This document shows positions 19,206 through 29,259 of a stretch of 64,000 nt of DNA, piece after piece. Below the pieces are notes generated by a model that searched no databases, had not been told where the DNA came from, and saw only the letters and a program-made list of their open reading frames with translations. Each line of letters begins with the position of its first letter. Position 1 is the first letter of the stretch. Source of the DNA: a bacterium (lineage in GTDB: Bacteria; Sumerlaeota; Sumerlaeia; MVZB01); NCBI GenBank assembly GCA_021372575.1, contig JAJFUE010000029.1, forward strand, positions 22,646 through 86,645, read 5' to 3'. Made by a program: the position numbers and the translations under genes.

Positions 19206-19237
19206 CTTTTGCCATGCCCGCGAACAAAGTTCCAGGG

Positions 19238-21847
19238 TTAATCTTGAGCCTTTTGTTGCAGAAAATCAGACAACTCTTTCTTCACAAGTACTGGCATATC
19301 CACATCGCGCCATGTTTCTTGTTTTATCCAATCAAGACATTCTTCTTTTGTCAGTGAATCATTCGCAATTAAAGATGATATTTCTAGAGTCGTTGTTCGC
19401 GACAAGCCCATAGCAACCAATGCAAGTTGGGTTTTCTGTGAAACACCAAATTCCAACATATTGCTTATCTCTGGTATCTCAATGACAAGGTCTTGGCGTT
19501 CTTTACTACGGTAGAATAGATTTAGCATATCAATGTAGCATGCGAAATATTTGGGGGCTTCAAAGCGAGCATATTGTTCAACATCTTTCATTACATCCCG
19601 TATTACTTTGGCAACATGTTCCGGATGGCTCTTGAGCCGTTTGGATATCAGGACAGCCAACGGCATACCTCTCATCCAGAGAAGAATCAGATATGATATT
19701 TGGTAAATACGTTTTTCTGAAGGACCGAACGTGTTTGACAGGAATTCGTTAATAATTTTTATAATCCTTGCGTATACATCATACGCATCTCGACTTTCAG
19801 GCATTACAGGCTGCAATTGCGTTATGTCACCAGAATACGATTCGAAATACTTGACCAGATTTTCCATCGCATACGGACTGATGCCAGGGTGTTTTATAAT
19901 CATATTTTCAGGTATCGCAATCTTATTATGCGCTTCATCTATAAGCTCACTTAATAACTGAACTTTTTCAGGATTGATTCGTTTTGCCCACGGAGCTTTC
20001 TCGATTGACCCATACCGTGTTTTGTTCCACATTAGATACGATAATAAATAATCATATTCAGGTTTTTGACGAGCTATATTCCTTGGAGTTCTTTCATTCA
20101 CATAGGATATAAAATCATGTGCATCATTCATTATTCTGTCACTTGATCTCTCGATCATATACTTCTCTCTTATGCGTGGCGCACCACCCTCCCATACGTT
20201 TTCCTCTCTTGCGTCTATACAAAATATGTTTCCTTGGAATTCTTTTCCCCATCTTCCTGCTCGACCGGCTAGATTCCAAAAGTCCGCCGCACTCATTATG
20301 TTTCCATTGCCACGCTTAGGACCGCGCACAAAGATGTTTTTACAAGGAAGATTTACACCCTCCAGCAATGTAGATGTTGTGAATAAATACTTAATAACAT
20401 TCTTTACAAATAACCTCTCGATATTCATGCGTATTAGCAATGGCATATTGCCATAATGAAAAGCTATACCTTTTCTTAATACCGTTGCCAACAAGTAATG
20501 TTCATGTATAGTCTTTTGTACCAACTCAATCAATTCCCTCAACTCTCCATCAAGTTCCATTTCAGGCATAAGGTCGTACAACACGAATGATTCCTTTTCG
20601 GCGACCGCCGCCCCATTAACATAAATGAGATTGCCACCATCTGAACTTCCCAACCTTTCCGCAATAAAGGGGACCTTCTTCATTACACCGACCGGGCGAA
20701 ACAACAATTCGATAGTTCCCAGTGGCAACTCGCATTCTTGCACACATAATTCAAGCTTATATATTTTGGAATTGCGTGGTATTTGCGATATCCATATTAG
20801 ATTCTGGTTTACTGTAATTTGTTCGCTTGGAATTGATTTATTATTATCTTGCCTGGGTGCATCCTCAAAGAATATTTCTGGGTTTTGGGTGAGTGGGCTT
20901 GCAAATATGATCTTAATTTGCTCATTGATGGCACAACAATAGTCTAACACCTGTTGCAAAAGAGTCCCGCGATACCCATCACTAATCTTATGAGCTTCAT
21001 CAACGATGATTAGGTCTATTGTTCGATCCCTGAGTTCCATCAAAAGCAAATGAAGTCTCTCTTGGGTTAGAATGAACACATTGTGTTTACTGTTCGACAG
21101 TTCCACATTTAAGGGCATCTGGGAAATGATGACATTGGCAGATAAACCATTATCCTTCACCATAGCAAGACAATCCGATTCTACCTGTGTAATTAACGCA
21201 CGCGTCGGAACCACATAAACAGCACACATCATCCTATCGGATTTGCTGATTCGATCCATCAACCAATTTAACAATATATAGGATTTACCTGATGATGTCG
21301 GAGCCGATACGCTGAGCCAATCAATTTGCTCGGCTTCTTTCCACACCGATAATTGTAGGTCATTTAACGTAAGTACATTTCCATTTGCCATACCCACAGT
21401 ATGCTCAATGTTGTTATGTATCCATTCACAAGCAAGTCCCAGAGGAAGACGCCTTTCAAGATTCGTTTCCAAATAGCATCGATGAACTGCCAGATTAATT
21501 GCTGGGTAGTTCGCAAGTCTTTGCAATATAATCGCTGCTGTTTCCTTTTGTATTTTGGATGTATTCTCGTCAATCATGCAGGCTTGGGCTATCCGCAAAG
21601 CTGCATCCTGTTGTGATTCTTTATTAGATTGACACAAAATGCTGGCGCAAAATAATAAATATTTCCAGTCATGCTCGATCTCATACACGTTCTTTGTTAG
21701 ATTGGGGAACTGCGACATAACGGATTTAGCGGTCAGAAACGATAGCCGTTGCCGAAAATCCGTATTGTTCAATATCCATTCTTGTATTTTAACTAACCCC
21801 ATTTCCCCCCTCCAATTCTCTGCGAAACGATGTTCTAAAATCATCAA
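19238..21847 (-). CDS. Superfamily 2 DExH-box helicase, HamB-like (putative Hachiman helicase component)
   Basis: 869 aa. Motif I SAPTSSGKS, motif II VDEAH, motif V-like TSTLLEGVNLP, motif VI LAGRAGRWG. Sits immediately downstream of, and overlapping, a 340-aa partner gene, in an AT-rich island. Confidence 0.65.
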   Translation of the reverse strand: MMILEHRFAENWRGEMGLVKIQEWILNNTDFRQRLSFLTAKSVMSQFPNLTKNVYEIEHDWKYLLFCASILCQSNKESQQDAALRIAQACMIDENTSKIQKETAAIILQRLANYPAINLAVHRCYLETNLERRLPLGLACEWIHNNIEHTVGMANGNVLTLNDLQLSVWKEAEQIDWLSVSAPTSSGKSYILLNWLMDRISKSDRMMCAVYVVPTRALITQVESDCLAMVKDNGLSANVIISQMPLNVELSNSKHNVFILTQERLHLLLMELRDRTIDLIIVDEAHKISDGYRGTLLQQVLDYCCAINEQIKIIFASPLTQNPEIFFEDAPRQDNNKSIPSEQITVNQNLIWISQIPRNSKIYKLELCVQECELPLGTIELLFRPVGVMKKVPFIAERLGSSDGGNLIYVNGAAVAEKESFVLYDLMPEMELDGELRELIELVQKTIHEHYLLATVLRKGIAFHYGNMPLLIRMNIERLFVKNVIKYLFTTSTLLEGVNLPCKNIFVRGPKRGNGNIMSAADFWNLAGRAGRWGKEFQGNIFCIDAREENVWEGGAPRIREKYMIERSSDRIMNDAHDFISYVNERTPRNIARQKPEYDYLLSYLMWNKTRYGSIEKAPWAKRINPEKVQLLSELIDEAHNKIAIPENMIIKHPGISPYAMENLVKYFESYSGDITQLQPVMPESRDAYDVYARIIKIINEFLSNTFGPSEKRIYQISYLILLWMRGMPLAVLISKRLKSHPEHVAKVIRDVMKDVEQYARFEAPKYFACYIDMLNLFYRSKERQDLVIEIPEISNMLEFGVSQKTQLALVAMGLSRTTTLEISSLIANDSLTKEECLDWIKQETWRDVDMPVLVKKELSDFLQQKAQD

Positions 21848-22811
21848 CAGATGGAAATGGCAGGCAAAAGACTTCTATTTTGAAATTCTCAAGGTTCTCA
21901 TCTTTAATCCTAGCGCGTATCCGTTCGTGCCAATATGGGACCAACTCTGTCATTTCTTTAATGATTATTCCAATTTCCTTTTCATGGTTGACTAGTGGAT
22001 ACTTGTCAGAATCAAAACCGACTAAACATACGCCGCAATAATCATAGCGCAAGTAATTTGCGCTTCGAGGGTCTAGGTAGCTTATTAGTGCTCTTTCAAG
22101 CGCAGCGTCATTCAAATCCATATCACTTCGCAACAACTGCAAATCACGTTCCTGAGTTGCTCGTGATGATCCTTCATCCAATAAGAACGGAGCAAGACTG
22201 CTAAAGCACTCGCGAACTGAAGTGGCGGTATCCTTATGAAGCTTCGATTCCCCCCAATATAACTCCAATCTTCCAGTGTCCTCAACAACCATCGCATGAA
22301 CACCATCGCATCCGTGATAGTGCACTTGGGGGTTCGTCTTTAATGACATTTTCGATATTATCTGAGGCAAACCCAGGACGGATTCTGTCATCATCGATAA
22401 AAGAAGTTCCCCGCCTTCACCCGAAGTCTCAACGTTGGCAAACAAGTTTCGGGCTTCTCGTTCCAACCGGCAAAGATAACTTGATGATCCGGATCGCGCT
22501 CGAATGTTAATTGCGTCTTCGATTTTAGATCGGGGAATTGCATAATCCAATCGATCGTCGAATATCTTCATTATCAGATTGCCGACACAGGGAAGACCAT
22601 TCGGTCCATTTTTAAGCACATGGCAATACGCACGGGCTTTAGTGCCATCGACCTCGATTTTCACATCAAGCGATTCGAATAGCGTATCAACTTCGTATCG
22701 CTCATGCCGAACAAGACGTCTCAAGTGTGATGCAAGTAGTGGAGCGTCCGTCTGTAGATCTTTCGGTTCATAACTAGGAAGTGCGTCAGGACTCATGATG
22801 CCCCCGTTCAT
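21789..22811 (-). CDS. Hypothetical protein, candidate HamA (DUF1837)-like partner of the SF2 helicase
   Basis: 340 aa, co-directional with the helicase gene, which overlaps it by 59 bp. Family assignment rests on size and synteny only. Confidence 0.35.
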   Translation of the reverse strand: MNGGIMSPDALPSYEPKDLQTDAPLLASHLRRLVRHERYEVDTLFESLDVKIEVDGTKARAYCHVLKNGPNGLPCVGNLIMKIFDDRLDYAIPRSKIEDAINIRARSGSSSYLCRLEREARNLFANVETSGEGGELLLSMMTESVLGLPQIISKMSLKTNPQVHYHGCDGVHAMVVEDTGRLELYWGESKLHKDTATSVRECFSSLAPFLLDEGSSRATQERDLQLLRSDMDLNDAALERALISYLDPRSANYLRYDYCGVCLVGFDSDKYPLVNHEKEIGIIIKEMTELVPYWHERIRARIKDENLENFKIEVFCLPFPSVDDFRTSFRRELEGGNGVS

Positions 22812-22957
22812 ATATGAATCTTGAATTCACATTCATGACCACATCTATCAGACATTATCACTTTTTATAAATAACTCATCATCTAAAGTGGCTTACAGCA
22901 ACCGATATGTTATCAAAGTGATTATAGAAAGCAAGCCCAGTGGTGCTCCCAAATGGT

Positions 22958-24247
22958 TTAGAACAAATCTTTCAATCCTTTGGGTCTCGCTTTTGGCATA
23001 TCAGTGACAGGGATCTTCCGGTCGATCGTCGCTTCCTCGTCCAGTTCACCGATAAAGTCGTTCTTGATTCTGGATACTTGCATGGATATGCATTTCTCTT
23101 TGACCAAAGGCTTGATCTGATCCAGTTGCGGCAACTCGCGCCCTCTTTGGGTGCTCATGTAAACCCATCGTGTCGCGCGGGTAATCCCAACGAACAGCAA
23201 ATTCCGGATACGGTCAGGACTCATCTTATCGAAAAGCACTGGATCGAGCTTCGGCAGGAAAACCGAATCGAAGGTAAGTCCCTTGGCGCTGTGATATGGC
23301 ATCAGCTTGGGGTAATCGCTTCCAAAGTCCAAACCACGATACGTCGATTCTTTATGTCCCGCCTTCACTGGGACTTCCACTTCCAGACCAGCTTCCATGA
23401 GTGCTTTCGCGTAGCCATACACAAAACGTTTTTGCGGGAAGAGAATCGCGATGCGATCCCCCTTTTGCTGACGCGTCTTAATGGCTTCGATCAGACGATC
23501 TGTTTCTTCATCCTTGTCTGTCGCCAGGACGATCAAAGGCGTTTCCCGTTCGCCTTGCGACGTTTTAGTCTGACGAAGGTAGGCTTCGCGCTCTTGCGGA
23601 TCATCGATGAAGGTTGAAGCGATTTGAGAGATATAAGGGCAGCAACGATACGCTTCGAGCAACGACAGGTTCCGTTTGCGCAGTCCCAAAGCTTTCAGTA
23701 TGCCATCCTCAGAGGAACCGTGATCATAGATCTGCTGTTTATGATCCATGCAGACAGTCACGTGTTTGGCGATTTTTCTGAGGATTCCAAATACTGTGGG
23801 GGATAGATCCTGCCCTTCATCGACCAGAACGAAATCATAGGGGTGATTTTCAAAGCCTGGCATCTGGAGCTTCTTGAGAACGCCTTCCCGAATCGCTGTG
23901 AAATCAGGAGATTTACTTGTTTCATTCCACGGCGGTCGCTTGTTGATATGAACCGTATAGAAATCTCTGCACCATGCGTCAAAACTGATCACACACCCCG
24001 GATGTATGTTCAGCAGATCAAGCGCGCCATGGATGTAATCCTTGAGCGCATTGGTGTATACGAAAATGCGAAATCTGTCTGGCTCGATATTGTAGTTGTC
24101 GAGCAAGAAACGGGCGCGGTGAATCAGCGTCAAGGTCTTCCCCGACCCAGGCGCACCGAAGATCACCTTGTGCTCGTTCATCGGCATTTCAACTGCCCGA
24201 ATCTGATCGGGCGTCAATTCTTCCCTGGGAACCAGCCAGCTACTCAT
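22958..24247 (-). CDS. Short UvrD/Rep-like SF1 helicase (GajB-sized, about 430 aa)
   Basis: Walker A GAPGSGKTLTL, motif II VLVDEGQDLS, motif VI VGITRATRWVYMS. Start overlaps the stop of the upstream Hsp70-like gene (ATGA). Confidence 0.75.
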   Translation of the reverse strand: MSSWLVPREELTPDQIRAVEMPMNEHKVIFGAPGSGKTLTLIHRARFLLDNYNIEPDRFRIFVYTNALKDYIHGALDLLNIHPGCVISFDAWCRDFYTVHINKRPPWNETSKSPDFTAIREGVLKKLQMPGFENHPYDFVLVDEGQDLSPTVFGILRKIAKHVTVCMDHKQQIYDHGSSEDGILKALGLRKRNLSLLEAYRCCPYISQIASTFIDDPQEREAYLRQTKTSQGERETPLIVLATDKDEETDRLIEAIKTRQQKGDRIAILFPQKRFVYGYAKALMEAGLEVEVPVKAGHKESTYRGLDFGSDYPKLMPYHSAKGLTFDSVFLPKLDPVLFDKMSPDRIRNLLFVGITRATRWVYMSTQRGRELPQLDQIKPLVKEKCISMQVSRIKNDFIGELDEEATIDRKIPVTDMPKARPKGLKDLF

Positions 24248-26694
24248 TGCCGGTCCTCCTTATGCGCCCGTTCGGGGAGTTCCCCCGTGACACCTAGTGC
24301 CTGGGTCTTCAGCTTTCGCGATTTTCTCGTTCTATCTACCTCGGCTATTCGCTTCGCATCGTTTTTCATGCGCGAGGCGCGCTCATACCATAAAAGCTCC
24401 CATTCCGTCATCGTCTCAACAGATTGAAATAGCTCAAAAGCCATTTCGAGGGACTGGTCGCGTGTCTTCGCTTCTTTCATCGAATCCGCGATCTGGGCTT
24501 TTAGGACAAGATAGGCAGGAGCTACTTGAACGTCCAGCGCTTCATCAATTGCTTTGGCAGCTTTATCCAGCAATCCCCGACTGCGATAACTCAAAGCAAG
24601 GTTGAAGAGCGGTCCGCCCCAATTCGCAAAGCGAGCCGATTCCCGGAGGAATTTTTCCTCACGGTTGTAATCGCCCATCTCACCAGCCAGCAGCCCCATC
24701 TTGTTCAGGATTTCCTCGTCCTGCCCGCCGCGCACTCGTAACATCTGGCTATAAAGATGCATCGACTTGTCCCGCTGTCCAAGTTCCGAGCAAAGCCCGG
24801 CAATTTCCATCACGACTTCTTCCTGCTTGGCTTGGGACATCTTTTTGCTGCGCATCTGCTCTTCAAGCTCATCGATCCGTATTTTCTTGCTGTTTGGATT
24901 GACGATATTACTCAAGGGGTTTTCGATCGTGGCGTCGAATCCCTGGTGCCCCTGATTGCTTTGCGTATCAATCCGCAAGTTGATGATCTGATTTTCATCC
25001 ATGTGATACTGGAGGACTAATCGCTCACCTTGAGTTGGTCGGGTTTCCATGTTCCAGACACCGGAGAATAAACTCTGCCCTTTCTCACCCACCAACTCCA
25101 CATGCAACTGCAAAGGCGACCGGCTGCTTCCCTTTGGCACAACCAGGGAGTCGTTTTCGGACCATTCACCTTCAGCCGGATAGGGCAATCGCGCCCCACG
25201 AGGAATCAGCTCAAGCGGCTCGTCCGCTGTTTTAATGGACACGCTTTCAGCGCATACCGGACGTACCAATCCATGCCCGCACATTTCCAACATCAAGGCA
25301 TGGTAAGCTGCACCTTTGGCGACCGCAGTCTGGATATCATCCTGCGAGTCGTAGCTCAAAACTTCAGCCAACCCAAAGTATTCCGAGACCGCCTCAACGA
25401 CCTGAGGAATCAGGCAACTCCCACCAACGAGCAAACATAAATCAATGTCGTCGCTCGTCAGAGATGCCCGATCGAGCCCGTCGGCAAGCGGGGCGAAGAT
25501 TGAACAAGTCATTCGGTATTCGGATTCCCGATGGAAAACAAAATCCGAGTCGAGGAACGGAGTTAAGACGGTGTCCAGTTGGATCGCGCTCAGACGAGGC
25601 GATTGAATCCGAAGTTCCCGCCCATTGGGCAGCTTGCAGGTGTGAACGCCGGGCTGGATCTTAAACGTCTCGCTTTTGCGTGCCTCATCGTATTTTCCAA
25701 ATCGTTTGAGTGTTCGGATTTCACTGCACAACCCTATTTTCAATGACTCAGCGAGACTAAGGAACGCCGGTTCAAGCTGATTCTTCTTCGTGTCGAAATC
25801 CAGATCGTGAGCGCACAAGCCGTTTTGTTCAATGATCTGCGGGATCAGCACTTCGTAGAGGATTGACGAATCGATGTCCCCTCCGCCCAGGCGATGATAG
25901 CGCGATACGGAGAGCGGTGAGATCTCAAGCATAGCCTCGTCTTCGGCGATGCCTATTCTGAAGATCGCAACGTCACATGTGCCGCCACCGAAATCGAACA
26001 CCAGGAGATTCTTCGTTTCGCCGGGTTCGAGGATCGTGCTGAGGTCGTGGGTTAAGACGTAATCCAGGAACGCGGCGATCGGCTCGTCAAGCAGATCTCC
26101 GCCACGCACATCGTATCCAGCCAGACGTGCGGCATCGAGCGTGTCCTGGCGCTGAGCGGCTTGGAACGAGGCGGGAACGGTGATCACGGTCCGAGCCACT
26201 GGTTCGTCCTGGTCTGACGAGCTTTGAGTTTTCAGGAAGGCGAGGACCTTGGAGGCGATATCCTTGGCGGACTGGAAGCCATCGGGGGCACGGTGATAGG
26301 TCTTATCGAGCCCCATGTCGTTCTTGCAGTCCCAGAAGATGTTGCGGTTACGCGCGAGACCGTAGTCGGGATCGGCGGCTTTGCCCCTGAGTCGCTTGGC
26401 ACCCTCGCCGACGAAAAGCTGCCCATCATGAACGGCAACAACCGAGGGGACAAGCGAATGGGTGTATCGCCCTTCCAGGGTTCCCTGGTCGATCTCGACA
26501 CATCTGGCGGCTGCCTCTTCCTCGTCCTTGGGATTAAACACAACCTCGGCGACCGTCGAGTTGGTTGTCCCCAGGTCAATGCCGATGACCCGAATGGGTT
26601 GCTTCGATTTTCGTGCTCCAGCCCCCCGCAACAGGTTGGCGATCTTCATTCGACAGTTCCTTCCTGAGCCGAAATGACCCGTAAGCTCGTGCAA
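24244..26694 (-). CDS. Hsp70/DnaK-like actin-fold ATPase (nucleotide-binding domain) fused to a C-terminal TPR-like helical domain
   Basis: 816 aa. Phosphate-1 IGIDLGTTNSTVA, connect-1 LLVFDFGGGTCDVAIF, adenosine motif, then a C-terminal roughly 250 aa with TPR-like repeats. No Hsp70 substrate-binding-domain signature is evident. Confidence 0.7.
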   Translation of the reverse strand: MHELTGHFGSGRNCRMKIANLLRGAGARKSKQPIRVIGIDLGTTNSTVAEVVFNPKDEEEAAARCVEIDQGTLEGRYTHSLVPSVVAVHDGQLFVGEGAKRLRGKAADPDYGLARNRNIFWDCKNDMGLDKTYHRAPDGFQSAKDIASKVLAFLKTQSSSDQDEPVARTVITVPASFQAAQRQDTLDAARLAGYDVRGGDLLDEPIAAFLDYVLTHDLSTILEPGETKNLLVFDFGGGTCDVAIFRIGIAEDEAMLEISPLSVSRYHRLGGGDIDSSILYEVLIPQIIEQNGLCAHDLDFDTKKNQLEPAFLSLAESLKIGLCSEIRTLKRFGKYDEARKSETFKIQPGVHTCKLPNGRELRIQSPRLSAIQLDTVLTPFLDSDFVFHRESEYRMTCSIFAPLADGLDRASLTSDDIDLCLLVGGSCLIPQVVEAVSEYFGLAEVLSYDSQDDIQTAVAKGAAYHALMLEMCGHGLVRPVCAESVSIKTADEPLELIPRGARLPYPAEGEWSENDSLVVPKGSSRSPLQLHVELVGEKGQSLFSGVWNMETRPTQGERLVLQYHMDENQIINLRIDTQSNQGHQGFDATIENPLSNIVNPNSKKIRIDELEEQMRSKKMSQAKQEEVVMEIAGLCSELGQRDKSMHLYSQMLRVRGGQDEEILNKMGLLAGEMGDYNREEKFLRESARFANWGGPLFNLALSYRSRGLLDKAAKAIDEALDVQVAPAYLVLKAQIADSMKEAKTRDQSLEMAFELFQSVETMTEWELLWYERASRMKNDAKRIAEVDRTRKSRKLKTQALGVTGELPERAHKEDRQ

Positions 26695-26725
26695 GCAGGC
26701 ATTTGGGTCCGCGACATCCGATCGT

Positions 26726-27355
26726 TTATCGCATGATAACGTCGAAGTTTTCAGGAATCAATGGTTTAGCCCCGAGGTTGAGGAGATCAGCGTTTGCCGG
26801 CGCGTCGAAGGTCCAGACGGGCTTTCCTTCACGTATGATCTCCTGGGCTAAGGCGAAGGTATGGCTGGAGGGTTCGGAGTGGATGATCAGGCAAGCCGAG
26901 CTGAGGGCGGCAGCGAAACGGTTTCGCTCCTGAGCGGTTTCCTTGCAGACGCGTTGTTCATTCTCGGCGAAGCAGGAGAGGAGTAACATCCGACCTTGGT
27001 CGATGGGTTTGCGCCAGGGCTGTGGGATACGCATCCCTTCCAGACTCCGTGCGACACATACGATGATCGATAGGCTTCCCCGCAACAAGACCTCCAGGCA
27101 CTCCTTCTCGACGGGGCTATGAAATCCGCTGATGACTGTGACGCTTTGATCTCGTAGCCCTTTGGCGAAGTCGTGGGCTTGCAGGATAAGGCTGGCGGGG
27201 CATTTTGAGGAGCAGAACAGTCCGATTTTCCGATGCTTGAGAATTTCGAAATTGCCAATGCCTCTGGAGGTATTGTTATATCTCATAAATTCATGTTTAA
27301 CATCCAGATGAAGAACTGAATCAAAAGGGCGAATATGAAAAATACCAGATGTCAT
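26726..27355 (-). CDS. DprA/Smf-like Rossmann-fold (SLOG superfamily) domain protein
   Basis: 209 aa. VISGFHSPVEKECL…SLSIIVCVARSLEG…GRMLLLSCF…RNRFAAALSSACLIIHSEPSSHTFALAQEIIREGKPVWTFD follows the DprA pattern ISGxAxGID…TIAV…LLSE…RNRIIAGLS…VVEA…SG…A…G..VFAVP. No SAM or WH domains. Confidence 0.55.
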   Translation of the reverse strand: MTSGIFHIRPFDSVLHLDVKHEFMRYNNTSRGIGNFEILKHRKIGLFCSSKCPASLILQAHDFAKGLRDQSVTVISGFHSPVEKECLEVLLRGSLSIIVCVARSLEGMRIPQPWRKPIDQGRMLLLSCFAENEQRVCKETAQERNRFAAALSSACLIIHSEPSSHTFALAQEIIREGKPVWTFDAPANADLLNLGAKPLIPENFDVIMR

Positions 27356-27361
27356 GTTGGT

Positions 27362-28039
27362 TCAGTCCAGTGCATCTCGATCTTCTCGAAGATAGACGAT
27401 CACCTCTGTCTCAAGAATTCCAAATGTTTTCAATAGGCGTCTAATATTATCCCGAAGACTGTTTGCCGAAAGATTGACCTCGGCATAAAGCTTTTCAGTG
27501 ATTTTCATCGAAGAACGGAGTTGACCAGGATCTTGTGCAAATGAGCGATTACCACGACTGGATTCAAAATCAGGATTGTTGGGTAGTTGTTCCATCAATC
27601 GTCGATTTTTAACCAGCAAATGTTGGCAGACCAATTCATAGACCCGCTTCCAAGTGACTTGGTCTTTGTAAGCCTTGCCTTGGATTACAAACCCATATGG
27701 ACGCTTGTAACGATAATCCTCCGATAGCGAATGTGGCGTCTCCTTGTCCAATTCACGTATGATACGCTGGTTTGCTTCATCATTTCGTGCATGTATTTCA
27801 TTCTCAACAGGTCTCTCCAGGGAAACGGATGTAAATTTTTGGATCAGCGTTGATAGATCAGTTGCCACACGGTCAAATTCCATCATCTTCTCATTGTATT
27901 TGCGTTTGAACTCGACTCCGGCGTCTAGCGCTTTGGAATTGTTATGGTCGATACTTAGCCATATATCGTCTGAAAGGGATAAAAGATTTTCCTTGGTACG
28001 CTCTAACTCGCTTAAAATGGCATGTATTTTATTTTCCAT
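27362..28039 (-). CDS. Hypothetical protein (predicted coiled-coil N-terminus), first gene of the four-gene operon
   Basis: 225 aa. Ends 7 bp upstream of the DprA-like start. Same strand and same AT-rich compositional block. Confidence 0.45.
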   Translation of the reverse strand: MENKIHAILSELERTKENLLSLSDDIWLSIDHNNSKALDAGVEFKRKYNEKMMEFDRVATDLSTLIQKFTSVSLERPVENEIHARNDEANQRIIRELDKETPHSLSEDYRYKRPYGFVIQGKAYKDQVTWKRVYELVCQHLLVKNRRLMEQLPNNPDFESSRGNRSFAQDPGQLRSSMKITEKLYAEVNLSANSLRDNIRRLLKTFGILETEVIVYLREDRDALD

Positions 28040-28176
28040 GCGTCCACCGCTCCTTGTCTTTCCTATTAGTTATCACTGTAGCTTTCATCATTCGATCCCA
28101 TTCGATACTTTATTTCATAGTTTGTACATGCTCGATGTTTTTGAGACACATTTTTTTGGAAACCGGGTAACACGTT

Positions 28177-29259
28177 TCACCCCCGCGCCAGTTTGATGAT
28201 TCCATTTTGTTCCATCCAGTGTTGCGCGGCCAGGCGCCAGGCCTGGGCTGCGCTGACCCGTCGCGGGCCGCTCTGCGACTTTTCCACGATCTGCGCTGCC
28301 ACCGATTCGATCCACGCACACACCTCCCTTCTTTTACGCCGAGTATAAATCCGGGCCTGTTGACAACCAAGTGAAAACACGGCGCACGGGGTTTGCCGGC
28401 CGAGGCACGGGCGCGGCCGATGATTGAGTCGGTCGGCCGCCCGTTCGACCAGCTGATCGCCCGCGGCACCACCGTTTTCCCCCAGTTGTTTGACAAATTC
28501 CTCCTTGATCTCGCGCTGGGCCCGCTCCATGGCGCCGTTGTAGGGCGGGTAATAGGGCGGGCTGTTGAGCGGCAGGACCAGCGCGCGCGCCATGACCTCA
28601 TCGACGCTCCCGCCGTTCAAGTTGCCATGATTGTCGCGCTTCAAAAACAGCGGCGCCCCGAAGCGCCGGAACAATGAATCCAAATGCTCGGCGACGGCCT
28701 GGCCGTCCGCCAGACGCGTTCCTACCAGTGGCGGCATCTTGAACCGCGCCCCGACGTCCTCGACGGCATGCACGTGGAGCTTGCCGCCGCCGTTCTCGTT
28801 CGAGATCTCGAGGTCGTCCATCGACCAGACAACGCCGGCCTTGAGCCAATCGATCCGCTCCTTGGATGCCCGCGCCTCGGCCGTCGCCCGGGCGCGGGCA
28901 TCGTGAATCACGCGCATCAGGTCGCGCCGCGAAATACAGTCACGGTTGCGCCTGTAGAGCGCGCCCGTGCCCGCCGTTCGGTGCCGGCCGTGACTAAGTG
29001 CGATGATCTCCTCGTTGAGCCGGTTCCAATCAAGCCACCGGCCCTTGGCCGGTCCGGGCCGGCGCACGGCCGGCTCGCCGCGCTCGATGCGGCCCTTCCA
29101 GCGCATGAGGCTCGAATATGCCACGGCGCAGGCGAGGCACTGCGCGCGCAGCGACAGCCCAACGTGTTTTTTCAAGCCGCTCATGCGCTTAACGATCATC
29201 GTGCGGATCTCGTTCTTTTTTTTTCGTCGCCGGGCCGGGGGCGGTGTCTCGCGATTCAA
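28177..29259 (-). CDS. IS3-family-like transposase OrfB (DDE / rve integrase core)
   Basis: DDE triad candidates WSMDD, KRDNHGN and NGAMERAQREIKEEF. Overlaps the upstream orfA by 71 bp in the -1 frame. Confidence 0.7.
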   Translation of the reverse strand: MNRETPPPARRRKKKNEIRTMIVKRMSGLKKHVGLSLRAQCLACAVAYSSLMRWKGRIERGEPAVRRPGPAKGRWLDWNRLNEEIIALSHGRHRTAGTGALYRRNRDCISRRDLMRVIHDARARATAEARASKERIDWLKAGVVWSMDDLEISNENGGGKLHVHAVEDVGARFKMPPLVGTRLADGQAVAEHLDSLFRRFGAPLFLKRDNHGNLNGGSVDEVMARALVLPLNSPPYYPPYNGAMERAQREIKEEFVKQLGENGGAAGDQLVERAADRLNHRPRPCLGRQTPCAVFSLGCQQARIYTRRKRREVCAWIESVAAQIVEKSQSGPRRVSAAQAWRLAAQHWMEQNGIIKLARG

